Assembly (NCBI GenBank): GCA_964355945.1
Contig: CAYHGE010000010.1
Span: 1 to 61,964 of the forward strand
Source of the DNA: an uncultured Draconibacterium sp.
GTDB lineage: Bacteria > Bacteroidota > Bacteroidia > Bacteroidales > FEN-979
DNA length: 61,964 nucleotides
Reading direction: 5' to 3'
Below, piece by piece: positions 38,801-47,184 of this stretch. The number at the start of each line of letters is the position of its first letter. The first letter of the stretch is position 1. The position numbers and the translations under genes are program-made. The notes under the pieces are model-generated. The model saw only the letters and a list, made by a program, of their open reading frames with translations, was not told the DNA's origin and searched no databases.

Positions 38801-39506
38801 GGCCACCGGGCCAGACCAGACGGATGCCTTTATCCCGGCCGTCGCTTCCGATTGGAGGTTGGATTCCATCGAACTGAAAGCATTCATAAATATGTCGGTG
38901 AAACTTAAATTTCAGGCTGTTTGCGGATGGGGAAACAATTTATATGTTGATGATGTTTCTCTGGCAGATGATCCGGTTCTTTCCATTCAGAATGTGACTG
39001 TCGGAATTGGAACGACTTCCTGTTACGATGCAATACAAACAATCCGTGTTGCAGGCAGCGGAACTACATTTGAGGTTCAAAGCGGAGGCAGTGCAAGCTT
39101 TATTGCCGGTCAGAATATCTTGTTTTTTCAGGGTGTCAAGGCAACCAGCGGAGGATATCTTCACGGGTACATCACCTCAAACAACCAGTATTGCGGGCAG
39201 GCACCGGCATCAATGGTAACGGCCGTTTCACCGGATGGATATGACGAAATGCCTGCAGCCGGGAATTTATTTAAAATCTATCCCAACCCGAATACTGGAG
39301 CTTTCACGCTTGAATTTTCTGATACAGGTTTCAGGGGCCCTTACGAGATTGAAATTTTCGGTATTCTGGGAGAGAGGGTGTTGCGGGAGAGAATCTCATC
39401 AGAACACAGGCACACATTTTCTTTAAATTCAATGCCTCCGGGTATTTACCTGGTGAAAGTGACAGGCGAAAATGGAACCGACACCGTCAAAATGATCCGG
39501 CAATAA
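35874..39506 (+). CDS. T9SS-secreted BNR/Asp-box (VPS10-like) beta-propeller protein with PKD domain
   Basis: Multiple S.DGG..W Asp-boxes, HAD.H, AATFGRGLW, PKD PVANFS, C-terminal IYPNP...GIYLVK. Confidence 0.88.
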   Translation: MEKRSSLPAILLIFMVSLVGFNELAAQSNSRQSSADTSDYPYWIRMMQDPDANYFATVGAFEKYWNNRPVTKGCGWKVFKRWEYVMRDRVSPDGKKPLPDAVYKEWTRFNLANRSATGSWISLGPSTIPSPGPAGYLGLGRLNVVAFHPTDQNKLYVGAPSGGFWYTTDNGTTWTTSTDNMPTIGVSAIVVDFSNPMKLLMGTGDRDHGDAPGMGVFKSLDGAISWTQSNTGMGNTTVCKLVQHPGNAQIFLAATSNGIYRSTNGGGNWTLTASGYFQDICFKPDDPDIVYAESSSDFYRSSNNGLTFFQVTSGLTTGQRGAIAVTPANPDYVYFLQSDNSSGYKGVWRSTDAGLNFSTRSTTPNILDWSCDGSGTGGQGWYDLVIAADPLDPEIIYVGGVDVWKSTDGGSSWAINSHWYGGCSVPAVHADCHFLGFSPVNGRLYAGNDGGIYYTPDGGTTWTDCTVGMTIGQIYKIGQSQTDAAKTINGFQDNGTYTNTSSGWVATGGGDGMECAVDYLNAAYTYHTIYFGSIYRKINNSGEMQIAGGGVFGIDESGGWVTPFLLSEAEPKIMFVGYKNVWRCSDVTSNTPVWNKISSGEIEDCSVLEQSPANPDLLYVVRWGGMQRTENANATDPSWTICALPGGNTPTDLEAHPTEPNTVYATGGNKVYKSTDKGATWNLVPGTIPDIPVNTIVYDKNSQEGLYIGTQTGVLYRNSSLPGWVNFSSGLPVVDVRELEIFYNANPANNRILAATFGRGLWKSDLYSPPNSPPVANFSFSPSVPCQGQTVQFSDLSLNVPTSWLWSFSPNSVVFVNATNASSRNPQVQFTNNVNYTVTLTATNAFGAAFADTLVFAGGPYTPAAFTFESGIFPEGWTISNPDAGITWSISNAGGSPGGTKSAFIDFYSYNAAGQLDDLITNPVNLEGTLNPWLKFRVAYRRWGGGYSDGLKVFISPDCGSSWNTTPLYDKAGTELATGPDQTDAFIPAVASDWRLDSIELKAFINMSVKLKFQAVCGWGNNLYVDDVSLADDPVLSIQNVTVGIGTTSCYDAIQTIRVAGSGTTFEVQSGGSASFIAGQNILFFQGVKATSGGYLHGYITSNNQYCGQAPASMVTAVSPDGYDEMPAAGNLFKIYPNPNTGAFTLEFSDTGFRGPYEIEIFGILGERVLRERISSEHRHTFSLNSMPPGIYLVKVTGENGTDTVKMIRQ

Positions 39507-39517
39507 AACCTAAAATA

Positions 39518-40765
39518 ATGATCAAACCCACTGTATTCTCCTGGAGCCAAATCAAACCCGCATTCAATTTCACTGTGCTGGTGGCTTCGCTTGGTTATTT
39601 CGTTGACATGTACGACCTGGTATTGTATGGCATCGTACGCATTCCAAGTTTGACAGACCTGGGGATTACCGGCGATGATTTGGTAACCAAAGGAGTATTT
39701 CTGCTCAACATGCAGATGATCGGCATGCTGATCGGAGGGATAATATGGGGGATCCTGGGAGACAAAAAAGGCCGGCTGTCAGTGCTTTTCGGATCGATCG
39801 CCCTCTATTCCGTGGCAAACCTTGCCAATGCATTTGTGACCACGGTGCCGGAGTATGCTGTAGCCAGGTTCTTTGCCGGAGTTGGACTTGCCGGAGAACT
39901 GGGTGCCGCCATTACCCTGGTGAGCGAGATCATGAAAAAAGAGTCCCGGGGATACGGAACCACCATCGTCGCCTCAGTCGGGATATTGGGATCTGTGACA
40001 GCCGGGCTCGTGGGCGATTATTTTCCGTGGAAATGGGCCTACATCTTTGGCGGTCTGCTTGGATTGGTTCTGTTGGTCCTCCGGGCTAAAATGCTGGAAT
40101 CAGGTATGTTTGCTACGGTTAAATCCAATAAGTCAATAAGAAAAGGCGATTTTCTGAGTCTTTTTACAAACCGCAAAAGGTTTATGAAGTACCTCAGGTG
40201 TATTCTTATCGGACTTCCAATGTGGTTTGTGGTTGGCATTCTCATCATCCTCTCTCCTGAATTTGCCGTTAAACTTGGGGTCACCGGAAGTGTTGCCGCA
40301 GGAAAATCGATCATGTATTGTTATTCCGGATTGGTATTAGGTGACCTGATCAGCGGTTTTTCGAGCCAGATTTTCCGATCCAGAAAACGAATCGTGCTTC
40401 TCTTTCTGTGTCTTGCTTCCGCCCTGATCATCGTGTACCTGAATGCAAACAATATCTCTGTGAACCTTTTTTACGCACTGTGTTTTGTTATGGGAATCAG
40501 CATAGGCTACTGGGCTGTCTTCGTAACGGTGGCCTCCGAGCAGTTCGGCACCAACCTGAGAGCTACTGTAACAACTACGGTTCCCAACTTTGTAAGGGGT
40601 GGCGTGGTGCTGATCACCCTCTCATTTGAAGCACTGAAGGGATCCTTTGGGCTGACAGGGGCTGCCGCCATTGTCGGATCAGTCACCATAATTCTGGCAG
40701 TGATCTCTTTGTTTTTTATGGAAGAAACCTACGACAAGGATCTTGACTACCTGGAAGAATCATAA
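39518..40765 (+). CDS. MFS transporter
   Basis: LGYFVDMYD, GDKKGR motif A, EQFGTNLRAT; multi-pass. Confidence 0.93.
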   Translation: MIKPTVFSWSQIKPAFNFTVLVASLGYFVDMYDLVLYGIVRIPSLTDLGITGDDLVTKGVFLLNMQMIGMLIGGIIWGILGDKKGRLSVLFGSIALYSVANLANAFVTTVPEYAVARFFAGVGLAGELGAAITLVSEIMKKESRGYGTTIVASVGILGSVTAGLVGDYFPWKWAYIFGGLLGLVLLVLRAKMLESGMFATVKSNKSIRKGDFLSLFTNRKRFMKYLRCILIGLPMWFVVGILIILSPEFAVKLGVTGSVAAGKSIMYCYSGLVLGDLISGFSSQIFRSRKRIVLLFLCLASALIIVYLNANNISVNLFYALCFVMGISIGYWAVFVTVASEQFGTNLRATVTTTVPNFVRGGVVLITLSFEALKGSFGLTGAAAIVGSVTIILAVISLFFMEETYDKDLDYLEES

Positions 40766-40791
40766 TTTGAGAATAGGGGTATAAACCATTT

Positions 40792-41490
40792 CTAGAACAA
40801 CGATAAATCCTGTGATCGCACCACGATTTCCGGCACTTCGTTTCGTGGCGAATTAACCAATTGTGAAACCGGCCATGCATCCATTAAATCCGCCGGAAAG
40901 GGTTTCAACAGTTCAACCAGCGTTGGATCTGGTTTTGGTGAAATCCAGCGCTGTTCATCATTCCGTTCAAGGATCACCGGCATCCGGTCATGGATATTTT
41001 CCATCAGCGAATTGGGTGCCGTGGTGATGATGGTAAACGAATGAATAATTTCACCATCACCGGAAACCCATTGATCCCACAATCCGGCAAAACAAAATGG
41101 TTCACCGGTTTTCAACCGGATGTAATATGGCGTAGAGACGGGGCACGCCCCGTCTCTACCGCCCCGTTTCCATTCAAAAAAACCTGTGGCCGGCACCAGG
41201 CATCTGCGATTTCGGAATACGGTTTTAAAAGATGGTTTTTCCACCAGGGTTTCTGCACGGGCGTTGATCAACGGCGACGGGGCATGTCCCGTCGGTACCG
41301 GTTTTGTCCAGGATGGAATCAACCCCCACCGGTAAAAATTCAGCGTGTCCGGCGCGTCATTGGTGATCACTGCCAGGTTCTGGGTGGGGGAGCAGTTATA
41401 CCTGGCTTTATATATCGCTGTCCTGACCCTGAGCCCGAACCGTTCCAGGATCATCGCATCTTCAACAGCAAAGGAGTATCGTCCGCACAT
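40792..41490 (-). CDS. SOS response-associated peptidase (SRAP/HMCES-like)
   Basis: MCGRY, WGLIPSW, INARAET, RCLVPATGFFEW, IHDRMPVIL, VNSP; carries two REP-derived loops. Confidence 0.93.
   Translation of the reverse strand: MCGRYSFAVEDAMILERFGLRVRTAIYKARYNCSPTQNLAVITNDAPDTLNFYRWGLIPSWTKPVPTGHAPSPLINARAETLVEKPSFKTVFRNRRCLVPATGFFEWKRGGRDGACPVSTPYYIRLKTGEPFCFAGLWDQWVSGDGEIIHSFTIITTAPNSLMENIHDRMPVILERNDEQRWISPKPDPTLVELLKPFPADLMDAWPVSQLVNSPRNEVPEIVVRSQDLSLF
41132..41159. repeat. GTAG-type REP within the SRAP CDS
   Basis: GTAGAGACGGGGCACGCCCCGTCTCTAC, translated as GRDGACPVST. Confidence 0.88.
41271..41298. repeat. REP variant within the SRAP CDS
   Basis: CGACGGGGCATGTCCCGTCG core + GTAC, translated as VPTGHAPSP. 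Confidence 0.7.
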
Positions 41491-41494
41491 GGTG

Positions 41495-42175
41495 TCAAAC
41501 TTTCCCGGCTACAACAATCACAATCTCCCCCTTAACCTTCTTCTGTTCGAAATAGACAATTAACTCTTTCATGGAACCACGGATATTCTCCTCAAAGATC
41601 TTGGTGAGTTCACGGGAAACACAGGCGTAACGTTCCTCTCCGAAATATTCGGCAAACTGGGTCAGGGCCTTCACCAGGCGGTGAGGCGATTCATAAAATA
41701 TCATGGTTTTCTCCTCTTCGGCCAGGGCCGTTAGCCGGGTATGCCTCCCTTTTTTATGGGGAAGGAACCCTTCGAAAACGAAATGGTCGGAGGCAATGCC
41801 TGAGTTGACAAGTGCGGGAACAAATGCCGTTGGGCCGGGAAGGCACTCCACACGCAATCCCGCCTGGATGCATGAGCGGACCAGCAGGTAGCCGGGATCA
41901 GAAATGGCAGGGGTTCCGGCATCGCTCACCAGGGCACAGGTCGCACCCTCTTTCAATCGTTCCAGCACGGTTTCAACGGTTTTGTGCTCATTGAACAGGT
42001 GGTGTGGAACCAGTTTTTTTTCTATTCCATAATGTTTCAGAAGGTTTCCCGAAGTGCGGGTGTCTTCTGCCAGAATAAAATCAACCTCTTTCAGTATGCG
42101 CAGGGCACGGAGGGTAATATCTTCCAGGTTCCCGATGGGAGTAGGGACAATAAATAATTGAGTGGGAGTCCTCAT
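41495..42175 (-). CDS. rsmI: 16S rRNA (cytidine1402-2'-O)-methyltransferase
   Basis: PTPIGNLEDITLRA, AEDTR, SDAGTPAISDPG, RELTKIFEE. Confidence 0.96.
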   Translation of the reverse strand: MRTPTQLFIVPTPIGNLEDITLRALRILKEVDFILAEDTRTSGNLLKHYGIEKKLVPHHLFNEHKTVETVLERLKEGATCALVSDAGTPAISDPGYLLVRSCIQAGLRVECLPGPTAFVPALVNSGIASDHFVFEGFLPHKKGRHTRLTALAEEEKTMIFYESPHRLVKALTQFAEYFGEERYACVSRELTKIFEENIRGSMKELIVYFEQKKVKGEIVIVVAGKV

Positions 42176-42188
42176 CGGTAATCCTGAT

Positions 42189-42890
42189 TTATATATTCAT
42201 CACGAGCTTAAACCCGACTCCGTGAACATTCAACAACTCTACCCTTGGGTCATCTTTGAGATATTTCCGCAACTTCACGATATATACATCCATGCTGCGG
42301 GCATTAAAATAACTGTCGGCGTTCCAGATTTCCTTAAGCGCAGTATGACGGTCGAGCACGTTGTTGGCATGGATGCAAAGCAATTTCAGCAATCCGGCCT
42401 CCTTGGAGGTCAGCTTCTGCTCATTGATTCCACTGATAAGCGTTTGCCGGTTGTAGTCAAAAACATACATGCCGATGGTGTAAACATTTTCATTCCCGTG
42501 GGTTTTCAGATTTTCATCTGTCCGCCTGAGAATAGCCTGCATCCGCAGCAGCAACTCTTCCATGCTGAACGGCTTGGTGATGTAATCATCCGCCCCGATC
42601 TCAAAGCCTTTCAGTTTATCCTCCTGCAGCGATTTTGCAGTAAGAAACAAGATCGGAATTTTCTTGTTTACAGCCCTGATCTCAGAGGCTGTGGCAAACC
42701 CGTCCTTGACCGGCATCATGATGTCGAGAATGCAGATGTCGAACTCCTTCCGGGTAAATGCGTCTGTGGCTTCCTGGCCATTGACACACAAAGTTGTTGC
42801 ATAACCTTTGGCATCCAGGTAATTTTTCAGGATATTGCCCAGGTTACGGTCATCTTCAGCAAGAAGTAATCTGGTTTGATTTTTATCCAT
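42189..42890 (-). CDS. rprY: OmpR-family response regulator (RprY-like)
   Basis: LLAEDD.NLG, DIMMP, GADDYITKPF, YFNARSMDVYIVKLRK. Confidence 0.85.
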   Translation of the reverse strand: MDKNQTRLLLAEDDRNLGNILKNYLDAKGYATTLCVNGQEATDAFTRKEFDICILDIMMPVKDGFATASEIRAVNKKIPILFLTAKSLQEDKLKGFEIGADDYITKPFSMEELLLRMQAILRRTDENLKTHGNENVYTIGMYVFDYNRQTLISGINEQKLTSKEAGLLKLLCIHANNVLDRHTALKEIWNADSYFNARSMDVYIVKLRKYLKDDPRVELLNVHGVGFKLVMNI

Positions 42891-42924
42891 CGTTATTTTT
42901 CTAATTATCGGCCAAGGTACGATT

Positions 42925-44211
42925 TTATTCTTTGATCACAAACGGAAGGAATACCTTGAATTTGGTCCCCTTGTTCACTTCGCTTTCCAGGCTGATCTTG
43001 CCGTGATGCTCCTCCACAATGGCCTTTACATAGTTCAACCCCAGCCCGAACCCGCGAACTTCATGGATGTTCCCGGTGGGTACCCGGTAAAGTTTGTCGA
43101 AGATCTTCTTCTGCTCATTTTTACCAATCCCGATCCCGTTATCTTCGATTGTCAACACGATGCCATTGCTGACATTCTCAGTGATTATCCTTATCACAGG
43201 CCTCTTTGGTGAATACTTGTTTGCATTGTCGAGCAGGTTGTAAACCAGGTTGGTAACGTGCACCTTGTCCCCTTGAATTTGCGAATTCGTTGCTTTTAGC
43301 CTGCGCTTGATCTCTCCGTCTTTGATCTCCACCTGGATCCTGAGGTTCTTGATCACATCAGTGATGATTTCATGCAGGTTGATGGTCTCTTTGTTCATCT
43401 TCAGCTGACCCTTGTCGATCACGGCAGTTTGCAGGATCTTTTCAGCCATACCGGCAAGCCGCTTGTTCTCCTCCTGAATCATGGAGAGATAACTGTCGAG
43501 AAAATCACCCGTCCCCCGTAGCTCCTTGTCACTCAGGGCTTCACAGGCCAGTGAAATAGTCGAAATAGGTGTCTTGAATTCGTGGGTCATGTTGTTGATG
43601 AAGTCGTTCTTCATCTCCGAAAGCCTCTTCTGCCGGAAGATGGTGGCAATGGTATAGGTAAATGAGTAAAAGATGACAATAATAAGGATGATTGAAATAA
43701 GCAGCATCCCCCAGAGTTCGGTAAGCAGAAACTGCTTCTCGCGGGGGAAATAGATCAAAAGGTATTCAGGACTGGTATAAATGTCGGCCTGAAACAAGAT
43801 AAAGGCATTGCCTTTTTCAATAAGGTCTTTACGGAAGTTTTGGGAGCGTTCCATCAAAAATTCCTGCCGTTCGGGCTTGTAAATGCAAAATTCGTAACGT
43901 GTGTCAACCCCGCGTATATTCAGGTGCAACCTGATTATTGAATCAAGTTCGGTAAATGTCAAAACACTGTCGTAAGGCAGATGCCGGTTGAAGTTAAGCA
44001 TGTTTTCATAAGGATTGATGAGCAGGGCCTTGTTTCGTTCCATCCGTTCCACCTTCTGTACCACCTTTACCATGGCTTCATTCACACTGCGGCGAAAGTT
44101 AGCCTCCTTGATAGCCGAGGCACTTTGGATCCAATAGATCTGGATGCCCATCAGCCCGATAAGGGCAATGGTCATGGCAATGATCGTAAAAATGACAATA
44201 CGTCTGTTCAT
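42925..44211 (-). CDS. rprX: Sensor histidine kinase (RprX-like)
   Basis: FINNMTHEFKTPISTI, NLLDNA.KY, DNGIG, GFGLGL; start at MNRRIV. Confidence 0.85.
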   Translation of the reverse strand: MNRRIVIFTIIAMTIALIGLMGIQIYWIQSASAIKEANFRRSVNEAMVKVVQKVERMERNKALLINPYENMLNFNRHLPYDSVLTFTELDSIIRLHLNIRGVDTRYEFCIYKPERQEFLMERSQNFRKDLIEKGNAFILFQADIYTSPEYLLIYFPREKQFLLTELWGMLLISIILIIVIFYSFTYTIATIFRQKRLSEMKNDFINNMTHEFKTPISTISLACEALSDKELRGTGDFLDSYLSMIQEENKRLAGMAEKILQTAVIDKGQLKMNKETINLHEIITDVIKNLRIQVEIKDGEIKRRLKATNSQIQGDKVHVTNLVYNLLDNANKYSPKRPVIRIITENVSNGIVLTIEDNGIGIGKNEQKKIFDKLYRVPTGNIHEVRGFGLGLNYVKAIVEEHHGKISLESEVNKGTKFKVFLPFVIKE

Positions 44212-44246
44212 TGTTGCAAAGGTATCGAAATTTGGTGCGCATTGAT

Positions 44247-44281
44247 TTAACAAAAATTAACGTATATTAATATTCCTTAAC
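44247..44281. promoter_or_regulatory. Four TTAA(C/T) repeats at 10-bp period between divergent promoters (candidate OmpR-family operator)
   Basis: TTAAC 44247, TTAAC 44257, TTAAT 44267, TTAAC 44277; -7 boxes at 44217-44224 (minus) and 44304-44311 (plus). Confidence 0.55.
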
Positions 44282-44315
44282 AGTTTCAGATAGTTCAATA
44301 GGTTAATTTTGCATC

Positions 44316-44441
44316 ACAGGATTTGAGACTAAAATATTTCAGGCAGAAAGTTTTCAGCAGATAACGAATGCCACAAGGTTTTTTGGATTTTGTTTATTGA
44401 TTTAAAAGTGTGTTCCCGGCAAGTGAGCACACTTTTTTTTT
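44316..44441 (+). ncRNA. Candidate small RNA divergent from rprX
   Basis: TAATTTTG promoter, no ORF of 60 aa or more in the track, U-rich tract, terminator aaaagtgtgttc..gagcacacttttttttt. Confidence 0.45.
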
Positions 44442-44487
44442 GCCAATGTCAACCTTATCACTAATTTCGTTCACAAAAAAATAAAAA

Positions 44488-44612
44488 AACCGACAACGCC
44501 CTCCCCCTCTCCTTCAGGAGAGGGGGTCGGGGGGTGAGGTGATAAAAAAACTTAACTAACCGACAACGCCCTCCCCCTCTCTCCTTCAGGAGAGGGGGTC
44601 GGGGGGTGAGGT
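44488..44612. repeat. Two ~53-bp direct repeats containing the palindrome CCCTCTCCTTCAGGAGAGGG
   Basis: aaccgacaacgccctccccctctccttcaggagagggggtcggggggtgaggt at 44488 and 44558. Confidence 0.85.
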
Positions 44613-44626
44613 CAAAACAAACCCCA

Positions 44627-45970
44627 ATGACAGAACTCAATATTGACATCTCCAGAATAAATTCCTTTATCGATGATCAGGCGTGGCCTGGCATAAAGGA
44701 AGAGTTGAACAATTGCTTTAATCAACTGACCTGCCAGACCGGCAAGGGTAACGATTTTCTTGGCTGGCTGGACCTCCCTGTGCAACTGGAGCCTGCCTTT
44801 CTTGCCCGTATTCAGGCAGATGCGGAAAAAATCAGGAGTATGGCCGAAATTTTCGTGGTAATCGGTATCGGAGGCTCCTATCTTGGCTCCAAAGCCGTAA
44901 TTGAGGCACTGGGAAATCCTTTTGAAGACCTGAAGAGAGGTTCCGGGTATCCTTATGTTGTTTTTGCCGGCGAAAACCTCAGTGAGAGTTACCATGCCCA
45001 CTTGCTGGAATTGCTTGATAACAGAGAGTATGCGGTTGCAGTGATCTCTAAATCCGGAACCACCACTGAACCTGCCATTGCCTTCCGGCTCATCAGGCAG
45101 CATATTGAGAAGAAATATGGCAAAACCGGTGCAAAAGAAAGAATTTTTGCCATCACGGATGAATCCCGTGGAGCTCTGAAAATGCTGGCGGATGCCGAAG
45201 GTTATGCAAGTTATGTCATACCTGATGATGTGGGTGGCCGGTATTCAGTGCTTACTCCGGTTGGACTTCTTCCCATTGCTGTGGCCGGGTTTGACATAAA
45301 TGCATTGGTAGATGGTGCAGTCAAAATGCGTGAAATAGCGATGAAATCGTCCGATTTTGACGAGAATCCCTGCGTGCAATACGCAGCAGCCCGTAATCTC
45401 CTGCTTCGAAGCGGGAAATTTGTGGAAATCCTGGTGGCTTTTGAACCGAATCTGCTCTATGTAATCGAATGGTGGAAGCAACTTTACGGAGAGAGTGAAG
45501 GAAAAGAGCAAAAGGGCATCTTCCCGGCAGGGGTGACATTTACGAGCGACCTTCACTCAATGGGCCAATACATCCAGGAAGGAATGCGCACCCTCTTTGA
45601 AACCGTGGTTTCTGTCGGGGAACCTGCAACCCGTCTGGTGGTTCCGAATGATCCCGACAACCTCGACGGCTTGAATTTCCTGTCAGGAAAGCGGCTCTCC
45701 GAAGTCAACCGCCAGGCAGAACTTGGCACCATGCTTGCCCATGTTGATGGCGGTGTTCCCAATATCAGGCTCACCATTCCCGCTATCAATGAGCATTATC
45801 TAGGGCAACTGATCTACTTCTTTGAATTTGCCTGTGCACTCAGTGGCTACGCCCTCGGGGTAAACCCATTCGACCAGCCAGGTGTCGAAGCCTACAAGAA
45901 AAATATGTTTGCCCTGCTCGGAAAACCGGGGTTTGAAAAGGAAACTGCCGAATTGTTGAAAAAACTGTAG
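44627..45970 (+). CDS. pgi: Glucose-6-phosphate isomerase
   Basis: GIGGSYLG, SKSGTTTE, DDVGGRYS, WWKQLYGESEGK, NPFDQPGVEAYK. Confidence 0.96.
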   Translation: MTELNIDISRINSFIDDQAWPGIKEELNNCFNQLTCQTGKGNDFLGWLDLPVQLEPAFLARIQADAEKIRSMAEIFVVIGIGGSYLGSKAVIEALGNPFEDLKRGSGYPYVVFAGENLSESYHAHLLELLDNREYAVAVISKSGTTTEPAIAFRLIRQHIEKKYGKTGAKERIFAITDESRGALKMLADAEGYASYVIPDDVGGRYSVLTPVGLLPIAVAGFDINALVDGAVKMREIAMKSSDFDENPCVQYAAARNLLLRSGKFVEILVAFEPNLLYVIEWWKQLYGESEGKEQKGIFPAGVTFTSDLHSMGQYIQEGMRTLFETVVSVGEPATRLVVPNDPDNLDGLNFLSGKRLSEVNRQAELGTMLAHVDGGVPNIRLTIPAINEHYLGQLIYFFEFACALSGYALGVNPFDQPGVEAYKKNMFALLGKPGFEKETAELLKKL

Positions 45971-46034
45971 ATACGGGGCATGCCCCGTATATGGGCGTGC
46001 CCATTTGTGGATACGGGGCATGCCCCGTATCTAC
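45967..46034. repeat. REP doublet between convergent pgi and purN
   Basis: GTAGATACGGGGCATGCCCCGTAT ... GTGGATACGGGGCATGCCCCGTATCTAC; contains both stop codons. Confidence 0.85.
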
Positions 46035-46597
46035 AATGTCACAACCCGTTCAATCACCTCCGCAAAATACCGGTACTCCAGCGCATGAACCTTCTCTGCC
46101 AGGGTTTCTGCTGTATCCCCGGAAACAACAGGGCATTTTGCCTGGAAGATTATGCGCCCTTCATCATAGTTTTCATCAACAAAATGTATTGTGATCCCCG
46201 ACTCAGTGTCGCCGGAAGCAAGCACAGCTTCGTGAACCTTTGAGCCATACATGCCTTTTCCGCCATATTTGGGAAGCAGTGCAGGATGGATGTTGATAAT
46301 CCTTGCGGGATAGGCTGTCAGAAGACTTTGCGGAATCAGCCAGAGAAAACCGGCAAGGACAAGGTAATCGATGTGATTTGCCTTCAGCAACTCAGGAATC
46401 TCGCAGGTTTCATAGAAAGAAGCCCGGTTGATTATCCTTGTTGCAACAGAGAGCTTTTCAGCACGGGTCAACACGTAGGCGTCTGGTTTGTTGCATAAAA
46501 CAAGGCTTACCCTGATGGCTGGATGCCCTGAAAAATATTCGATGATCCGTTGGGCGTTGGATCCGTTCCCTGAAGCGAAGATGGCGATTCCCGTCAT
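46031..46597 (-). CDS. purN: Phosphoribosylglycinamide formyltransferase
   Basis: IFASGNGSN, LAGFL, INIHPALLPKYGG, YDEG. Confidence 0.95.
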   Translation of the reverse strand: MTGIAIFASGNGSNAQRIIEYFSGHPAIRVSLVLCNKPDAYVLTRAEKLSVATRIINRASFYETCEIPELLKANHIDYLVLAGFLWLIPQSLLTAYPARIINIHPALLPKYGGKGMYGSKVHEAVLASGDTESGITIHFVDENYDEGRIIFQAKCPVVSGDTAETLAEKVHALEYRYFAEVIERVVTL

Positions 46598-46833
46598 GAT
46601 GGATGTCTTGGTGTTTCGCAAAAATACAAAACCATCTTAATCTAATAACCCTTAACCATGTGGAATGAAGATAGCCGTATGTCAGCAGGATCAATGTTGC
46701 AATGATCGATATTTTCTAAGTATCACAAAATCAATGATGTGAATTATTTAACTGTTAAAAATTCTTAAATTATGTTGGTTGGATGGAAGAATATTCTTTT
46801 CTTTGCAGTCGTTTTAACCAAAAAAAAATTAAC

Positions 46834-47070
46834 ATGTCTGACATTGCAGCAAAAGTAAAAGCTATCATCGTAGATAAGCTTGGGGTAGATGAAAGTGAAG
46901 TTACCATTGAAGCTAGCTTCACCAACGACCTTGGTGCTGACTCCCTTGACACCGTAGAACTGATCATGGAATTCGAAAAGGAATTCGATATTGCCATCCC
47001 TGACGATCAGGCCGAAAAGATCAGCACAGTTGGAGAAGCCATCGCCTACATCGAAAACAACACCAAATAA
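46834..47070 (+). CDS. acpP: Acyl carrier protein
   Basis: [14 protein letters not shown]; start MSDIAAKV. Confidence 0.97.
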   Translation: MSDIAAKVKAIIVDKLGVDESEVTIEASFTNDLGADSLDTVELIMEFEKEFDIAIPDDQAEKISTVGEAIAYIENNTK

Positions 47071-47184
47071 ATTGCCAGTTTCTGGCAAAGTATTCGTGGA
47101 TCTTCATCCAGGAATAATTGTAATGAAATTAACCCCGCACTCAGCGGGGTTATCCATTAACCAATGAACATAAAATTGTAAATC

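Noticed and set aside
42162-42869. 235-aa antisense ORF (and similar shadow ORFs such as 6079-6864, 28006-28602, 47191-47808)
   Set aside because: They overlap well-supported conserved genes and show no recognisable motifs
44488-44612. Possible mini CRISPR array
   Set aside because: Only two long repeats with a 17-bp gap and no cas genes; resembles a dispersed palindromic element
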